Shown here one piece after another: positions 17,740 to 28,558 of a DNA stretch of 42,650 bases (position 1 is the stretch's first letter; each line of letters begins with the position of its first letter). This DNA is from a virus (lineage: Duplodnaviria; Caudoviricetes). The notes under the pieces are model-generated. The model was not told the origin of the DNA. It was given only the letters and a program-made list of their open reading frames with translations, and did no database searches. A program made the position numbers and the translations under genes. The DNA is taken from positions 1-42,650 of IMG/VR virus record IMGVR_UViG_3300012942_000017. One strand, 5' to 3'.

Positions 17740-20700
17740 TGGATTACCAATCGCTTGATGAATTACGATCAAATGCTGGCAATAGAGTTAGCGGATTGCA
17801 AGAAGCAACGTCTGGTCTTGTACCCCTTGCTCAAACTTTTGTTCCAACGAACAGTGACTTGGACAAACTACCAGCACAGACACTTAATATAGGTGGTTCT
17901 ACTCCTAACAATGCTTTCGATAAGTTCTTCAGTTGGGTGGGTGAAACCGGAAAAGAAATTGGAGGATTAGTAGCGGGAGTTGCAAAGGACTTTGGCGAGG
18001 GAGTGCTTGATACTATTGAGGCACCCTTTAAACTTGGTGCTAATATTGTTCATGAGTTCGAGATTAACAATGACATCAACAACGACAACCAACAGATAAA
18101 AGTTAATCAACAGAAATTCCAACAGCTTCAGAATGATTACAAATCTGGCCGTATTACTCAACAGGAGTACAAGACTGAACTTGTCAATATGGCAAAAGAC
18201 AGTAATGCTCTCGTTAACAAGGCAAATTCAGTAACAAAACAGGCTGTCCAGAACCAACAGGATACAGTAAAGAATGCCATTAGTACGGCCGAGGATGTTA
18301 TCGGTGTTGTATCGGCTGTCGCCAGCGATGGTCTATCTCTTATTGCGACACAAGGGACAAAGAATGTAGCCGACGGATCAGCAGATGCTTTAGTGCAATT
18401 CTTTGGGAAGAAGTTTGCTGCACCTGAGAGTATTACCAAAGCGGCACAGACAATTGACCGTATTACTACACAAACCGTTAATGGAATCAATAAAGTATCA
18501 ACGTTTAATGGTAAGTTCTCCAGCGCAACAATCGCGAAGATTGCCCAAGATGCCGTAGACTCTAGTGCCGCAAGTCTGTCAGCTGGGCAAATTGCTAAGA
18601 ATGTTGCAATTAACTTACTTATCAAAAAGCCCCTTATTTACCAGACCAACATTGACCTTGCTCAAGGTATTTACAATGATATGCTCAAAGGTAATCTTAG
18701 CGGTGCAGCCCTCTCTACTGCTCTTACTGCTACAATGGCACTTTCTGGTGGGCCAGTTGGTGCGGCCTTTGAGTTTCTTGGCAAAGGATTTCAGCGTATT
18801 GGTGAACTTTCGTGGAGCGGTGGCCGTGTAACTGACATTGTGAAACAAGACCTTGAGAAGAATCTCAAGAGTGGTAAAGCACAAGCACAGTTGCAGGAAC
18901 TTCTTTCAACTCAGGCAGGATCAACATTTGCAAAGAGCTCATTTATTGATGCCACAAGTGCTCATATTGGTAATGGTGCAACCTCACAAATACAACTAGA
19001 ACTTGTTGATCGGTTACAAAAAGGAGACGTTGAATCTTATCAGGCGGTGAAGGCAGTAGAACAAATGAACATGTTATTAGCCAATGGTGATAGTGCCCGC
19101 GCAGCAGGGTTATTAGCAGATTGGTTCAACAGTATGGATGGAGGACGTTGGTTGAGGAATGCTACTGCAGCAGATGTTGTAGATAGTATATTAAATTACT
19201 ATAAGTCTAGGATTCTGGCATATAAATCTCTTCTCGGTGTCGGATACAGCGATGAAGTGGCTCGTCGTGTTGTAATCGGCCGCGCCGATCAGTCTGACCT
19301 CAACATGATCTCTGAAATTGTCGCAAAAGCTGACGATAGTATGACTAATGTTAACTTCGATCAAATTACTAATGACCAACTTGATGAACTGGTTAACAAG
19401 CGTCTCAAGATGTTTCAACGTGCCATTGATCGTTATGGTCGTACGGCTGCCTGGGCGAATAGCGATACGTTTGTGAAGCAAATCAAGAATATCATTGGGA
19501 CGAATATATCAACAGCTGATATGCAAAAGGCTATTCAATCTATTAATGTTGGTCGAATGATCGAAGGATTGCCTCGTGGAATTGCCCGCCAGCTTGCCCG
19601 TCGTGGTTATATTGCATTGCTTCCAGATGTCACAAAGACACCATTTGTAAAGTTTGAAGAACTCACTGATAAACGTATTGCAACAAGTGCTGTTAACAAG
19701 GGGACTGAATACGGTGAATACTTCCAGAAAGCCGTAAAGCCAATTCCAGTCCTAACAGGAATTACATCAACACTTACGCGGCTCGGATTATCGCCCTATG
19801 CTTCGCAGGAGCTTGTGCAGACATCCTTCAAGAATAATTTTGCTGACTACATGGCTGACCCATCACTAAAGGATAGCGTTATCGGCAAAATTGGTGGAGA
19901 TGATATTCTTCAAAACCTCTATTCTTACATCCGCAACAGGAATCAATTACCGATTCGTCAAGGTGGATTCATTGCTCCCGTTACTGATCTTCGGCAATTG
20001 AGGGCGGTAGAAATCAAAGATGCACTGTCTACAGCTGGAGAGCGTGCCCTTACCGATAAAGAAGCGAAGATTGTTATGAGTAAACTCAATTCAGCGATGC
20101 TTCACACGAATTATCAGGCTCGTGGAGCAGGAGACAAACTGCTTGATCTTACATCTGCTCTTAGCGGTGGTATCACCCAAAAGTTCTCTCGTATTCAGAA
20201 TACTGCTCGATTTGTCTGGAACCCATTTTTCCGATGGCAGCAATCATACCAGACGGAAATGTTGGCACAGTTTGAGGCCACTGGAAAGTTAGTTCAAGTT
20301 CCTGGGTTAAATGCAGTGAACCGCCTGCTTTTCCCGTCAGTGAAACCAGAGACAGATAGAACGATTCAATATCTTGAACAAAAAGGAATCTTTGGTGACG
20401 GTTTTTCTGGTACAGCTTCGGATGTTGTTATCGGGCACACGGGCTCTCGTGTTCTGAAGAGTGAGAAGATTTCACTTTCGGGCCTTGTTAATCTACAGGC
20501 AAAACGAGCAGGCTACACAGATGTTACTAAATATGTTGATGACCATCTTCCATCAGTTGTGGACACCCTCCAGACAATCACCGTTACGAAGCACACTAAT
20601 GGATTTCTTGATTCTCCATTGACTCGTACTATCAATACTGCTTTTTTCCCATTCCGATACAACCTCAAGATGGCAAGTTTAATTGCAAAAGAGGTTAGTA

Positions 20701-21488
20701 AGCTTAGTTCTCCTACACAGGTGGCTATTATTGCTGGGATGATGAATGCAGCGGATTGGCTGAACAGTGACCAGGGAATAGCATGGCAACAACAATATTC
20801 TAACGCGATTAGTCTGTTTAACTGGCTTTCACCAACATACCCACTTACGTATGTCATTCAGTTGGGACGTGATATATCGGGCGATCCAACGACCAATCCA
20901 TCTATTGGTGATCTTGGGCTTCTTGGTGGTCTCCCTTTTGGGATGATTTCACAGTTCCTAGAGGCAAATGGAGTCATTCAGCAAGCACCATATATTAACC
21001 CGAAGACAGGCGAAGTTTATCCAGATTGGGTACCAACCACTGCTCGCGCAGAAGTGAATGAGGCTATTCAGTCATTACTGGGATCACTATTCACATACCC
21101 AGGAGCGATTATTGGTCTTCCAAGCAAGACATCAATTCTAAAAGACACAACTTCGTGGCTTGTGGGTGGTGATGACTTTGCGACCGTGGATCAATCAGAC
21201 CAATTAAATCAATGGCAACAAAAGCAACAGCAAATTATTCAACAGCAAGCAGCAGCAAATGGTCAACAATCACAGTATTCTGCTCCATCAAGTGGTTATC
21301 CAGATACCTCACAAGTGCAAAGTGGGAGTGTCTCGCTGACTCGTGAACCGCTAAGTCCTGATGATTTAGTCAACAATTTCCAAACCCAAGTACAAGCAGC
21401 ATCAAGTGGTTCTCGAAAGAAGAAAGAATCGGAGTATACCCCTTGGTCGCTACCATCATTACCAAACCAGAGCGTACCAAACTCTTGA
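17739..21488 (+). CDS. 1249-aa virion protein, putative ejection or tape-measure-like protein
   Basis: Largest ORF; helical, with G/A-rich hydrophobic and amphipathic segments; TAATG-coupled to the upstream gene. Confidence 0.5.
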   Translation: MDYQSLDELRSNAGNRVSGLQEATSGLVPLAQTFVPTNSDLDKLPAQTLNIGGSTPNNAFDKFFSWVGETGKEIGGLVAGVAKDFGEGVLDTIEAPFKLGANIVHEFEINNDINNDNQQIKVNQQKFQQLQNDYKSGRITQQEYKTELVNMAKDSNALVNKANSVTKQAVQNQQDTVKNAISTAEDVIGVVSAVASDGLSLIATQGTKNVADGSADALVQFFGKKFAAPESITKAAQTIDRITTQTVNGINKVSTFNGKFSSATIAKIAQDAVDSSAASLSAGQIAKNVAINLLIKKPLIYQTNIDLAQGIYNDMLKGNLSGAALSTALTATMALSGGPVGAAFEFLGKGFQRIGELSWSGGRVTDIVKQDLEKNLKSGKAQAQLQELLSTQAGSTFAKSSFIDATSAHIGNGATSQIQLELVDRLQKGDVESYQAVKAVEQMNMLLANGDSARAAGLLADWFNSMDGGRWLRNATAADVVDSILNYYKSRILAYKSLLGVGYSDEVARRVVIGRADQSDLNMISEIVAKADDSMTNVNFDQITNDQLDELVNKRLKMFQRAIDRYGRTAAWANSDTFVKQIKNIIGTNISTADMQKAIQSINVGRMIEGLPRGIARQLARRGYIALLPDVTKTPFVKFEELTDKRIATSAVNKGTEYGEYFQKAVKPIPVLTGITSTLTRLGLSPYASQELVQTSFKNNFADYMADPSLKDSVIGKIGGDDILQNLYSYIRNRNQLPIRQGGFIAPVTDLRQLRAVEIKDALSTAGERALTDKEAKIVMSKLNSAMLHTNYQARGAGDKLLDLTSALSGGITQKFSRIQNTARFVWNPFFRWQQSYQTEMLAQFEATGKLVQVPGLNAVNRLLFPSVKPETDRTIQYLEQKGIFGDGFSGTASDVVIGHTGSRVLKSEKISLSGLVNLQAKRAGYTDVTKYVDDHLPSVVDTLQTITVTKHTNGFLDSPLTRTINTAFFPFRYNLKMASLIAKEVSKLSSPTQVAIIAGMMNAADWLNSDQGIAWQQQYSNAISLFNWLSPTYPLTYVIQLGRDISGDPTTNPSIGDLGLLGGLPFGMISQFLEANGVIQQAPYINPKTGEVYPDWVPTTARAEVNEAIQSLLGSLFTYPGAIIGLPSKTSILKDTTSWLVGGDDFATVDQSDQLNQWQQKQQQIIQQQAAANGQQSQYSAPSSGYPDTSQVQSGSVSLTREPLSPDDLVNNFQTQVQAASSGSRKKKESEYTPWSLPSLPNQSVPNS

Positions 21489-21579
21489 CAGAACTATGAT
21501 TTTACTTTATAGATAGAAGTATAGGTGACAAAAAACAAAAACACCTCCAAAAATAAAAGCAAGAAAGTGAAAAACAACG

Positions 21580-22239
21580 ATGGAAACAAACGGCACACCG
21601 ACTGGTGAAACGGCATCCACCGAGCAAGTCAAAAACAATGCTCAGACGCCACCAACAACAGTAACTCCTGACGAGCTTGAAGCGCTTAAGAAGGCAAAAG
21701 AGCAAGCAGAAATGCGCGCCCGCCAGCTTGAAAACGAAAAGCAGGCACGGGAAAAGGCTGATGAAGATGCACGTCTAAAACAATTAGAAGAACAGGAAGA
21801 GTACAAGACATTGTACGAACGCACTCAGGCAGACCTTCAACGTCTCCAGGACGAAAGTGCACGTCTCACAAAAGAGACTGCCCTCAAAACGTCTGAAAGT
21901 ACCATCCTTTCCAGTTATGGAGAAGATGTCAAGGAGATTGTTGCGACAACCGGACTCGTCCTTACCGATGATACGGATGAAGCGAAGGAATCGTTCAAGA
22001 AAAAGCTCGATAACTTAGCTGAAAAATTCGGCACCAAGCCCCGCGTTCAAGGTAACAACCGCGCTCCCCAAACTCCACACCAGGATGACGAACAGGAACG
22101 TGCCCAGCGTCTAAACCGTATGCGCTATAGTGGCGACGGTAAAGCAATCGCGGAAAAGGCTCGTTTTGAGGCTATTTCTAGCCTATCATCTATCCAAGCT
22201 ATGCGTGAAGCGGCTGGTCTCACTCCCGAAGAGTTCTAA
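21580..22239 (+). CDS. Capsid scaffolding protein
   Basis: Charged coiled-coil protein directly before the major capsid gene. Confidence 0.75.
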   Translation: METNGTPTGETASTEQVKNNAQTPPTTVTPDELEALKKAKEQAEMRARQLENEKQAREKADEDARLKQLEEQEEYKTLYERTQADLQRLQDESARLTKETALKTSESTILSSYGEDVKEIVATTGLVLTDDTDEAKESFKKKLDNLAEKFGTKPRVQGNNRAPQTPHQDDEQERAQRLNRMRYSGDGKAIAEKARFEAISSLSSIQAMREAAGLTPEEF

Positions 22240-22284
22240 TTGGATTCACCAATAGAATTTAAATAAAAGAAAGAAAACAAACAA

Positions 22285-23178
22285 ATGGCTATCGGTCTCA
22301 TCACTTATGGTGATAATACTCGTCACGAAGACGTAGTGGACTTGGTGACTAACGTTGACTACACGTCTACGCCTTTTGTCAGCCGTATCGGTGAAGGTGT
22401 TGCAATGAACACTTACCACGAATGGTTGACTGACACCCTTGCTGCACCTGCAAGCAATGGTTACGCCGAAGGTTCAGATGCTACTATTGTTGACCTCAAC
22501 CCACCAGTTCGTACGGGTAACATTGTTCAGCTCTTCCGTAAGGTTATTACGGTATCAGATACTGAAATTGCTATCCCCCACTATGGTCAAAACGATCCAT
22601 TCCAATACCAAACTCAGAAGGCACTCAAAGAAGTTGCCCGTGACATGGAACTTGCAGCAGTTGCAGGAACTCGTGCTTCAGGTGCTTCAGGTGTTGCTCG
22701 TTATATGGATGGTGCTATTGCACTCATTACATCGAACAAAACCGCAGTCGCTTCTGGTACAAGCTTTACGGAAGATGTCTTCAACAGCTTGGTTGCTAAC
22801 GTTTACAACGCTGGTACCGACGAAGACGTTGACCTGGTGCTCGTTGGTTCTGCTCTAAAGCGTTCCATCGACAAGTTTGCTACTAACACTACCAAGTATC
22901 TCGACGCTGAAGACTTCAAGCAAGTTCTCCGTGTTGATGTGTACCAGAGTTCGTACGGTCAGCACGAAATTGTGCTTGAGCGTAACATTCCAAATGGTGG
23001 TGTGCTTGGTGTTGACACTTCTAAGTGGCGTCTTGATTGGCTCGTTGGTCGTCGTTTGGCTATTAAGCCACTCGCAAAAACGGGTTCAAGTACTAAGGCT
23101 CTCTTGGAAGGTGAAGCAACACTTGCTGCTCTCAACCAGAAGTCAAGCTTCTACGCTAGCGGATTCTTCTTCGGCTAG
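22285..23178 (+). CDS. Major capsid protein (HK97 fold, DUF5309/SU10-like)
   Basis: EDVVDLV..TPF, HEWLTD, EGSDA, N..Q.FRK...VSDT, ARDMELA and LAKTG motifs; biased codon usage; followed by a terminator. Confidence 0.9.
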   Translation: MAIGLITYGDNTRHEDVVDLVTNVDYTSTPFVSRIGEGVAMNTYHEWLTDTLAAPASNGYAEGSDATIVDLNPPVRTGNIVQLFRKVITVSDTEIAIPHYGQNDPFQYQTQKALKEVARDMELAAVAGTRASGASGVARYMDGAIALITSNKTAVASGTSFTEDVFNSLVANVYNAGTDEDVDLVLVGSALKRSIDKFATNTTKYLDAEDFKQVLRVDVYQSSYGQHEIVLERNIPNGGVLGVDTSKWRLDWLVGRRLAIKPLAKTGSSTKALLEGEATLAALNQKSSFYASGFFFG

Positions 23179-23197
23179 TCGTACCTTGCGTAAAATT

Positions 23198-23221
23198 GAG
23201 CTCCTTCGGGGGCTCTTTTTT
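23198..23221 (+). terminator. Rho-independent terminator after the capsid gene
   Basis: GAGCTCC-TTCG-GGGGCTC followed by T6. Confidence 0.85.
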
Positions 23222-23259
23222 ATTGCTTATTTTAAACACATGCGGTATTATTAGCACAA

Positions 23260-23667
23260 ATGAATGAGGGAAGAAAACCAAAAGCGTACGACAAAAGGTC
23301 ACTTGACCAGCAAATGCCTGATGCAACCGATCGAAAAAACATCGTAGAGATGATTAAAACATATGATACGGCCTTTCCCTATCCTCACCCGCTCTCCATT
23401 GGTAAGGCTATAGAGAGTGCTCTGTCAGAGATTGATAATAGGTTCTCAACGACAAAGATGGCTGGATCAACCCGCAATGAATCGAAGGGAGGTAATGTTC
23501 GTCGAACGTCGTTGCCGTTACCATTTATGGTACTTTTAAAGAAGGCTTATCCTACTATCATTTCTAATGAATCTCATTACCACTGGTTCCTGGGAAACTT
23601 TCCAGCCCTTGATTTATTGCAATATGAATCACACGAGAAGTATCACGGATTGGAGGCGAAGCAATAA
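23260..23667 (+). CDS. Hypothetical protein after the capsid gene
   Basis: 135-aa ORF coupled to the glycosyltransferase by TAATG. Confidence 0.7.
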   Translation: MNEGRKPKAYDKRSLDQQMPDATDRKNIVEMIKTYDTAFPYPHPLSIGKAIESALSEIDNRFSTTKMAGSTRNESKGGNVRRTSLPLPFMVLLKKAYPTIISNESHYHWFLGNFPALDLLQYESHEKYHGLEAKQ

Positions 23668-26090
23668 TGAAACAACCAACGGTCGCTCTTGCGATGATTG
23701 TTAAAGGAGACAAAAGTGAAGCAGATCATTTACGTAATTGTTTGGGTAATATTAGCTCTTTTGTGGATAGCATCTATATTGATTTTAACAGCCCCGATGG
23801 TCACATCGACGCCGAGTTGGTACAGATCGCCCGTGATTACAATTCCGATTACACCGAAAACGTATGGACAGGAGATTTCGCCGGTGCACGAAACACCAAT
23901 TTCAATCGAGTAGATGAAAAATATGATTGGGTGCTCTGGCTTGATGCCGATGATACTGTTGATAAACCAGAAGAAATTAGGAAGATTATTGCCGTCGCTT
24001 CTAAATCAGTGCACGGTATCTTTGTTAAATACGACTATGGTCACGATGAATATGGCAATGTGACAATTTCTCATTATGTTGCCCGCCTGGTTCGCAATGA
24101 TAAAAGTTACGCATGGAAATCGTCTATTAGCGACGGAGAGGTATCGGTTCATGAAACACTCAATGAGATTATTCCTCTGGGTAAGGCAGTATGCGATGAC
24201 TTTGTTATTGTTCATCATGCTGATAGTGAGCGTGCTACTAGTAGTCTTTATCGAAATATTGAGCTTCTTGAAAAAATGTATGAAGAGCAGGTAACCAATA
24301 AAAAGGTTGATCCTCGCACACTCTATTACCTTGCTACCCATTACTATGATGCCTATTTGTTTGGCGACGCAAAGAATCTCCTCCAGCAGTACATGACGAT
24401 GAGTGGATGGAATGAGGAGCGGGCAGGAGCACTCACCTATCTTGGTAAAATTTATGACATGGAGAAGAAGCCAGATCAGGCAAAACATGCGTACTTGCTG
24501 GCACTAGGAGAAAATCAGAACGATCCTCATCCTTACATTGAATTATCGGAATTAGAATATCGTAACGGTCGTTATCAAGACAGTGCTGATTGGTCAGAGA
24601 AAGCTATTGCACTCCCACCACCAAAAACCACCATGGTACTTCGTCCGCTAGAGAATACGTTTCGTGCTTACTTACTTGCAGCGCAAGCCTATACTAACGT
24701 CGGCGGTAAAATGCTCGACAAGGCGCTCCAGAGGGCACAGGATGCGTTAAAACTCCGCCCGCTAGATAATGATGCAAAAAATGCTCAAGACCTCATAGAG
24801 AAGCTTATAGAGCAAAGAGAGAATATTCGCGCGGCAGTTCGTCTTGTCAATATCTTCAAGAATACAAAGCATGAAGAGAATATCATCCCATTGATTGATT
24901 CATTGCCGCGCGAAGTGCAAGACAATCCGTTGATTCTCAACACACGACACCAATACGCAAGGCCACAAGTATGGAAAAAGAATACTATCGCCCTCTTCGT
25001 TGGTCAGGGACCACTTGGTATTTGGGATTCAACTTCTATAGATAGCGGTATTGGAGGTTCTGAGGAGGCTGTCATCCGCCTTAGCCGAGAGCTAAGCGAC
25101 CTTGGTTGGCAAGTAACGATCTTTGGAACTCCGAAAGATGATTATGTTGAGCGAAAGATACACGATAAACGCTTTATTGTTCCTGCATCTGACCCAGATA
25201 TAAAAGACAATGACATTATCTGGAAACAATACTACGAGTTCAATCCAAAGGATACGTATAATGTGCTTATCAGTTGGCGTAATCCTGCTTTCTTTGATTT
25301 TAATTTCAAGGCTCGCAAGAAGTACCTATGGCTTCATGACATCATGGAGAAAGCAGAGTTCACTAAAGAACGGTTAGCGAATCTTGATAAAGTTATCTTT
25401 GTTGGTCAATATCATGCCGAATATTACGAAGGAGTAATTCCGGAAGATAAATGGTTCGTATCTGGCAATGGTATATCTCCAGAAGACTTCGAGGCAATTG
25501 ATAAGAAGAAACTAAAGCGCCAGAAACATCGTCTCATCTACATGAGCGCACATAATCGTGGACTTGAGATTCTCCTCGATAATTGGGAGAAAATTAAAAA
25601 GGAGGTTCCAGATGCCGTACTTGATATTTACTATGGATGGGAAAGCTTTGACGCAGCGCACCGAGATAATCCAGAGAGAATGGCATGGAAGCAGAAAATT
25701 GTTCGGCAAACCAATGAGCTTTCTGATGTCACTGACCACGGCCGAATCTCCCAAGAGAGGATTGTTAAGGAAATTGCGACGGCCGACATTCTCGCTTATC
25801 CTTGCATTTTCCCTGAGGTATACTGCATTACCTACGCAAAGGCATTGGCCGGAGGAGCTTACCCCGTAGCGTCAGATTATGCAGAACTTGGTAACTATAT
25901 AGTTGGTGCTCAGGTACACTATGAAGAAGGAGACATTGACAAATTTGCAGAAGATTATATAAAAGAACTAATTGATATTCTGAAAACTGATTATACTGAC
26001 AGTGTTGACCGTACCACCATTATGCAACAAAGTCGTAGGGCGTTTTCATGGACAAATACAGCAAATGAATGGTCAGAGGAGATGAAATGA
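23667..26090 (+). CDS. Fused glycosyltransferase: GT2 (GT-A) + TPR repeats + GT4-like (GT-B)
   Basis: GT2 motifs DFAGARN, WLDADD (DxD) and VHE; TPR DPRTLYYLA; GT-B motifs GIGGSEEA, LWLHD, RGL and YPCIFPEVYCI. Confidence 0.88.
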   Translation: MKQPTVALAMIVKGDKSEADHLRNCLGNISSFVDSIYIDFNSPDGHIDAELVQIARDYNSDYTENVWTGDFAGARNTNFNRVDEKYDWVLWLDADDTVDKPEEIRKIIAVASKSVHGIFVKYDYGHDEYGNVTISHYVARLVRNDKSYAWKSSISDGEVSVHETLNEIIPLGKAVCDDFVIVHHADSERATSSLYRNIELLEKMYEEQVTNKKVDPRTLYYLATHYYDAYLFGDAKNLLQQYMTMSGWNEERAGALTYLGKIYDMEKKPDQAKHAYLLALGENQNDPHPYIELSELEYRNGRYQDSADWSEKAIALPPPKTTMVLRPLENTFRAYLLAAQAYTNVGGKMLDKALQRAQDALKLRPLDNDAKNAQDLIEKLIEQRENIRAAVRLVNIFKNTKHEENIIPLIDSLPREVQDNPLILNTRHQYARPQVWKKNTIALFVGQGPLGIWDSTSIDSGIGGSEEAVIRLSRELSDLGWQVTIFGTPKDDYVERKIHDKRFIVPASDPDIKDNDIIWKQYYEFNPKDTYNVLISWRNPAFFDFNFKARKKYLWLHDIMEKAEFTKERLANLDKVIFVGQYHAEYYEGVIPEDKWFVSGNGISPEDFEAIDKKKLKRQKHRLIYMSAHNRGLEILLDNWEKIKKEVPDAVLDIYYGWESFDAAHRDNPERMAWKQKIVRQTNELSDVTDHGRISQERIVKEIATADILAYPCIFPEVYCITYAKALAGGAYPVASDYAELGNYIVGAQVHYEEGDIDKFAEDYIKELIDILKTDYTDSVDRTTIMQQSRRAFSWTNTANEWSEEMK

Positions 26091-26224
26091 TACTGTCACC
26101 GCGAATCATGAGAGCACTTGATGAGCTAAAAGATGCTCTGGATAATGAAGGATTTGAACTGAAAGAAATAATTGTCGATGAACTTGAGGTAAAGATTGCT
26201 GAGATTGAAGTAATAACCTTATAA
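26087..26224 (+). CDS. 45-aa acidic hypothetical protein (not in ORF track)
   Basis: MILSPRIMRALDELKDALDNEGFELKEIIVDELEVKIAEIEVITL; GAGGAG RBS and ATGA overlap. Confidence 0.55.
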   Translation: MILSPRIMRALDELKDALDNEGFELKEIIVDELEVKIAEIEVITL

Positions 26225-26239
26225 AGATATACTAAGAAT

Positions 26240-26644
26240 ATGGACGAGAGTTCTATAAAACAAAAACTTGCTGAAACAGTAAAATCATTTGCACCGGAAC
26301 CAACAGTGCAACAGAATGAGGAACCGGTTGCACCGGAGGTATTTCATAATAATCTTCCTCTTGATAATTTTATTCTTCAAAATAATGTAATGGATATTTT
26401 GGGTGTACCACGCATGCAACGATCCTCAACAGAGAGCCAGGATAAGGTAAATGCTATTGTCCGCTGGGCAGCCGATAATTCTCCGAGCAGTGAAATGACT
26501 GATATTATCGAGACCATCATGCGCCAAGAACGTCTCATGGGTATTCATTTACAGGAAGACAGGATTAACCGTCTTTACTCATTTGTTCGCTTGGCTGAAC
26601 AGCGATCCCTAATTGAACTACGAATGAAGGCACTCAATGGCTGA
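26240..26644 (+). CDS. Hypothetical (virion-associated?) protein
   Basis: 134-aa ORF; TATACT lies 6 nt before the ATG. Confidence 0.7.
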   Translation: MDESSIKQKLAETVKSFAPEPTVQQNEEPVAPEVFHNNLPLDNFILQNNVMDILGVPRMQRSSTESQDKVNAIVRWAADNSPSSEMTDIIETIMRQERLMGIHLQEDRINRLYSFVRLAEQRSLIELRMKALNG

Positions 26645-26957
26645 TTATCCTTGGGATGAAGGGTCAGAGAGTGTTATTCGATCGGAACACATTAGCCCGC
26701 TAAAAACTGGAGACAATATCGAGGCAAAAAGGGTTGCTCCGTACGTATGGAATGGAACCGAATGGCAACGATTCGCCCCGCAATCTGCTGGTCTTATTAC
26801 TGAACCATATGACTATATAAAATATACTAATACTAGTTCAACCGTTGATACGTATCAATACTATATCGGCGGTAGTTCTGGAACTTTACAAGCAACGATA
26901 ACAATCACTTTTACTGATGCCACAAAGGGTCAGATCAGTACGGTGGAGAAATCATAA
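26637..26957 (+). CDS. Hypothetical virion protein
   Basis: 106-aa beta-rich ORF coupled to the spike gene. Confidence 0.65.
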   Translation: MADYPWDEGSESVIRSEHISPLKTGDNIEAKRVAPYVWNGTEWQRFAPQSAGLITEPYDYIKYTNTSSTVDTYQYYIGGSSGTLQATITITFTDATKGQISTVEKS

Positions 26958-28549
26958 TGGGCGCAAAATTCGATCCCCTATTAAACCAGTTAAGGACAAC
27001 CGACAATATAGAGACCGCTACCTTTACAACCAATGGTTCAGTAAAGCAACGAGAGTATAACGTTCGTGATTATGGCGCACTAGGAGATGGCTCAACTGAC
27101 GATACCTTAGCATTTAACGATGCAATCAGCGCCGCTACATCAACTGGAGGAACGGTATATGTCCCGCACGGAACGTATATCCTGGATGCCACCAATATAA
27201 GTAATGTGACAGCAAGTATGAACGGTGAGAGTATGAAAGGCACTGTTCTAAAGCTTATTGATTCATATTCTAGTTCACAAAATCTTCTTCGTGTTGTTTC
27301 TACTGATAGCATCATTATTTCTAACCTGACACTGGATGGAAACAAAGACAATGTATCAGATGGTATGCAATACGGCTTATATATATCTACCACCAATAAC
27401 TCTGGAGCAGTAAACGTTACCTCACGTAACTGGACTGGTGTTGGTGTTCACTTCTACAATAATACACGCGCCTTCGGAGACAGATTGTACTCAACAGGTA
27501 ATGGTTACCATGGATTTGAATTTGAACAAAACACATTGGGAACTTTCTCGGATATTCACGGTTACAATAACACACTGCATGGTATTCTTGTCAGTCCTGG
27601 GGAAGTATCTGGTACTGGTTCTAGGGGAAATACTTTTAACAATATTGTTGGTAGTGGCAATTCCCAGTATGGATTGGCCTTTAACGCTGCCAATGGGGAT
27701 GTGAGTGAATTTTTATCTGAGGGTGACGTATTCTCCGACGTCATTTTGACAGATAATGACCAATATGGTCTAAATATATATAAGCAGAACGGACAAACCT
27801 TTAACGGTCTTTATATTTATAATAATGGTTTCTTTGGTATTTACCTCTTTGAGAGTTCCAACAATCGTTTTAACGGCTTTGAGCTCCATAATAATTCACA
27901 AGCATCTGACGGGGGTTACGACGAGATATTGCTGGAAGGATACTCTACCGACTCATCTCACCCAAGCTCATACAACATATTCCAAAATGGCCACATTATT
28001 ATCGACGGGGATACAAAGGCACGCTATGGAATCAATGAGGGCACTTCTAACGATGGAAGTAATACGTATCTCAATGTTTATATTCCAAACAATGGAACAG
28101 CTGGGAAATTCAGTATTCAAAGTACCACAAGCTCTCTCGTGACTCAGGCAACCGGACTTGGAATTGCCTCTAACGCAACACTTAATGGTAACCAGATGGG
28201 AATGGATGCTCCATTTGGAACAGCCGCTCTTCGTATTGTCAATTTCAACCCAGGAGGAAATATACAGTTCGTCGCACCAAATGGTACAACTAACTTCTAC
28301 ATGGGAGGAAATGATGTGATTGATTTCACAAGTGATGGGGTTCATATCAATGATAGTTATAACATCACCCTCGATTCCACCAATGGTACTAGAATAGGAA
28401 CCGCAGCGACCCAAAAGTTGGCCTTTTACGGTGCAACGCCCGTGGTAAAACCAGCAAACATTCCCGCCCCTACTGCTACCGTTGATGGATTACAAACAAC
28501 AGTAAACTCTATTCTGACTCTTTTGCAGTCGCTAGGGTTAATGACATAA
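26957..28549 (+). CDS. Right-handed beta-helix (pectate-lyase-like) spike/depolymerase
   Basis: NVRDYGALGDGSTDDTLAF..AI, VYVPHGTY and repeated N/G-rich beta-helix rungs. Confidence 0.85.
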   Translation: MGAKFDPLLNQLRTTDNIETATFTTNGSVKQREYNVRDYGALGDGSTDDTLAFNDAISAATSTGGTVYVPHGTYILDATNISNVTASMNGESMKGTVLKLIDSYSSSQNLLRVVSTDSIIISNLTLDGNKDNVSDGMQYGLYISTTNNSGAVNVTSRNWTGVGVHFYNNTRAFGDRLYSTGNGYHGFEFEQNTLGTFSDIHGYNNTLHGILVSPGEVSGTGSRGNTFNNIVGSGNSQYGLAFNAANGDVSEFLSEGDVFSDVILTDNDQYGLNIYKQNGQTFNGLYIYNNGFFGIYLFESSNNRFNGFELHNNSQASDGGYDEILLEGYSTDSSHPSSYNIFQNGHIIIDGDTKARYGINEGTSNDGSNTYLNVYIPNNGTAGKFSIQSTTSSLVTQATGLGIASNATLNGNQMGMDAPFGTAALRIVNFNPGGNIQFVAPNGTTNFYMGGNDVIDFTSDGVHINDSYNITLDSTNGTRIGTAATQKLAFYGATPVVKPANIPAPTATVDGLQTTVNSILTLLQSLGLMT

Positions 28550-28558
28550 GGAGAATAA

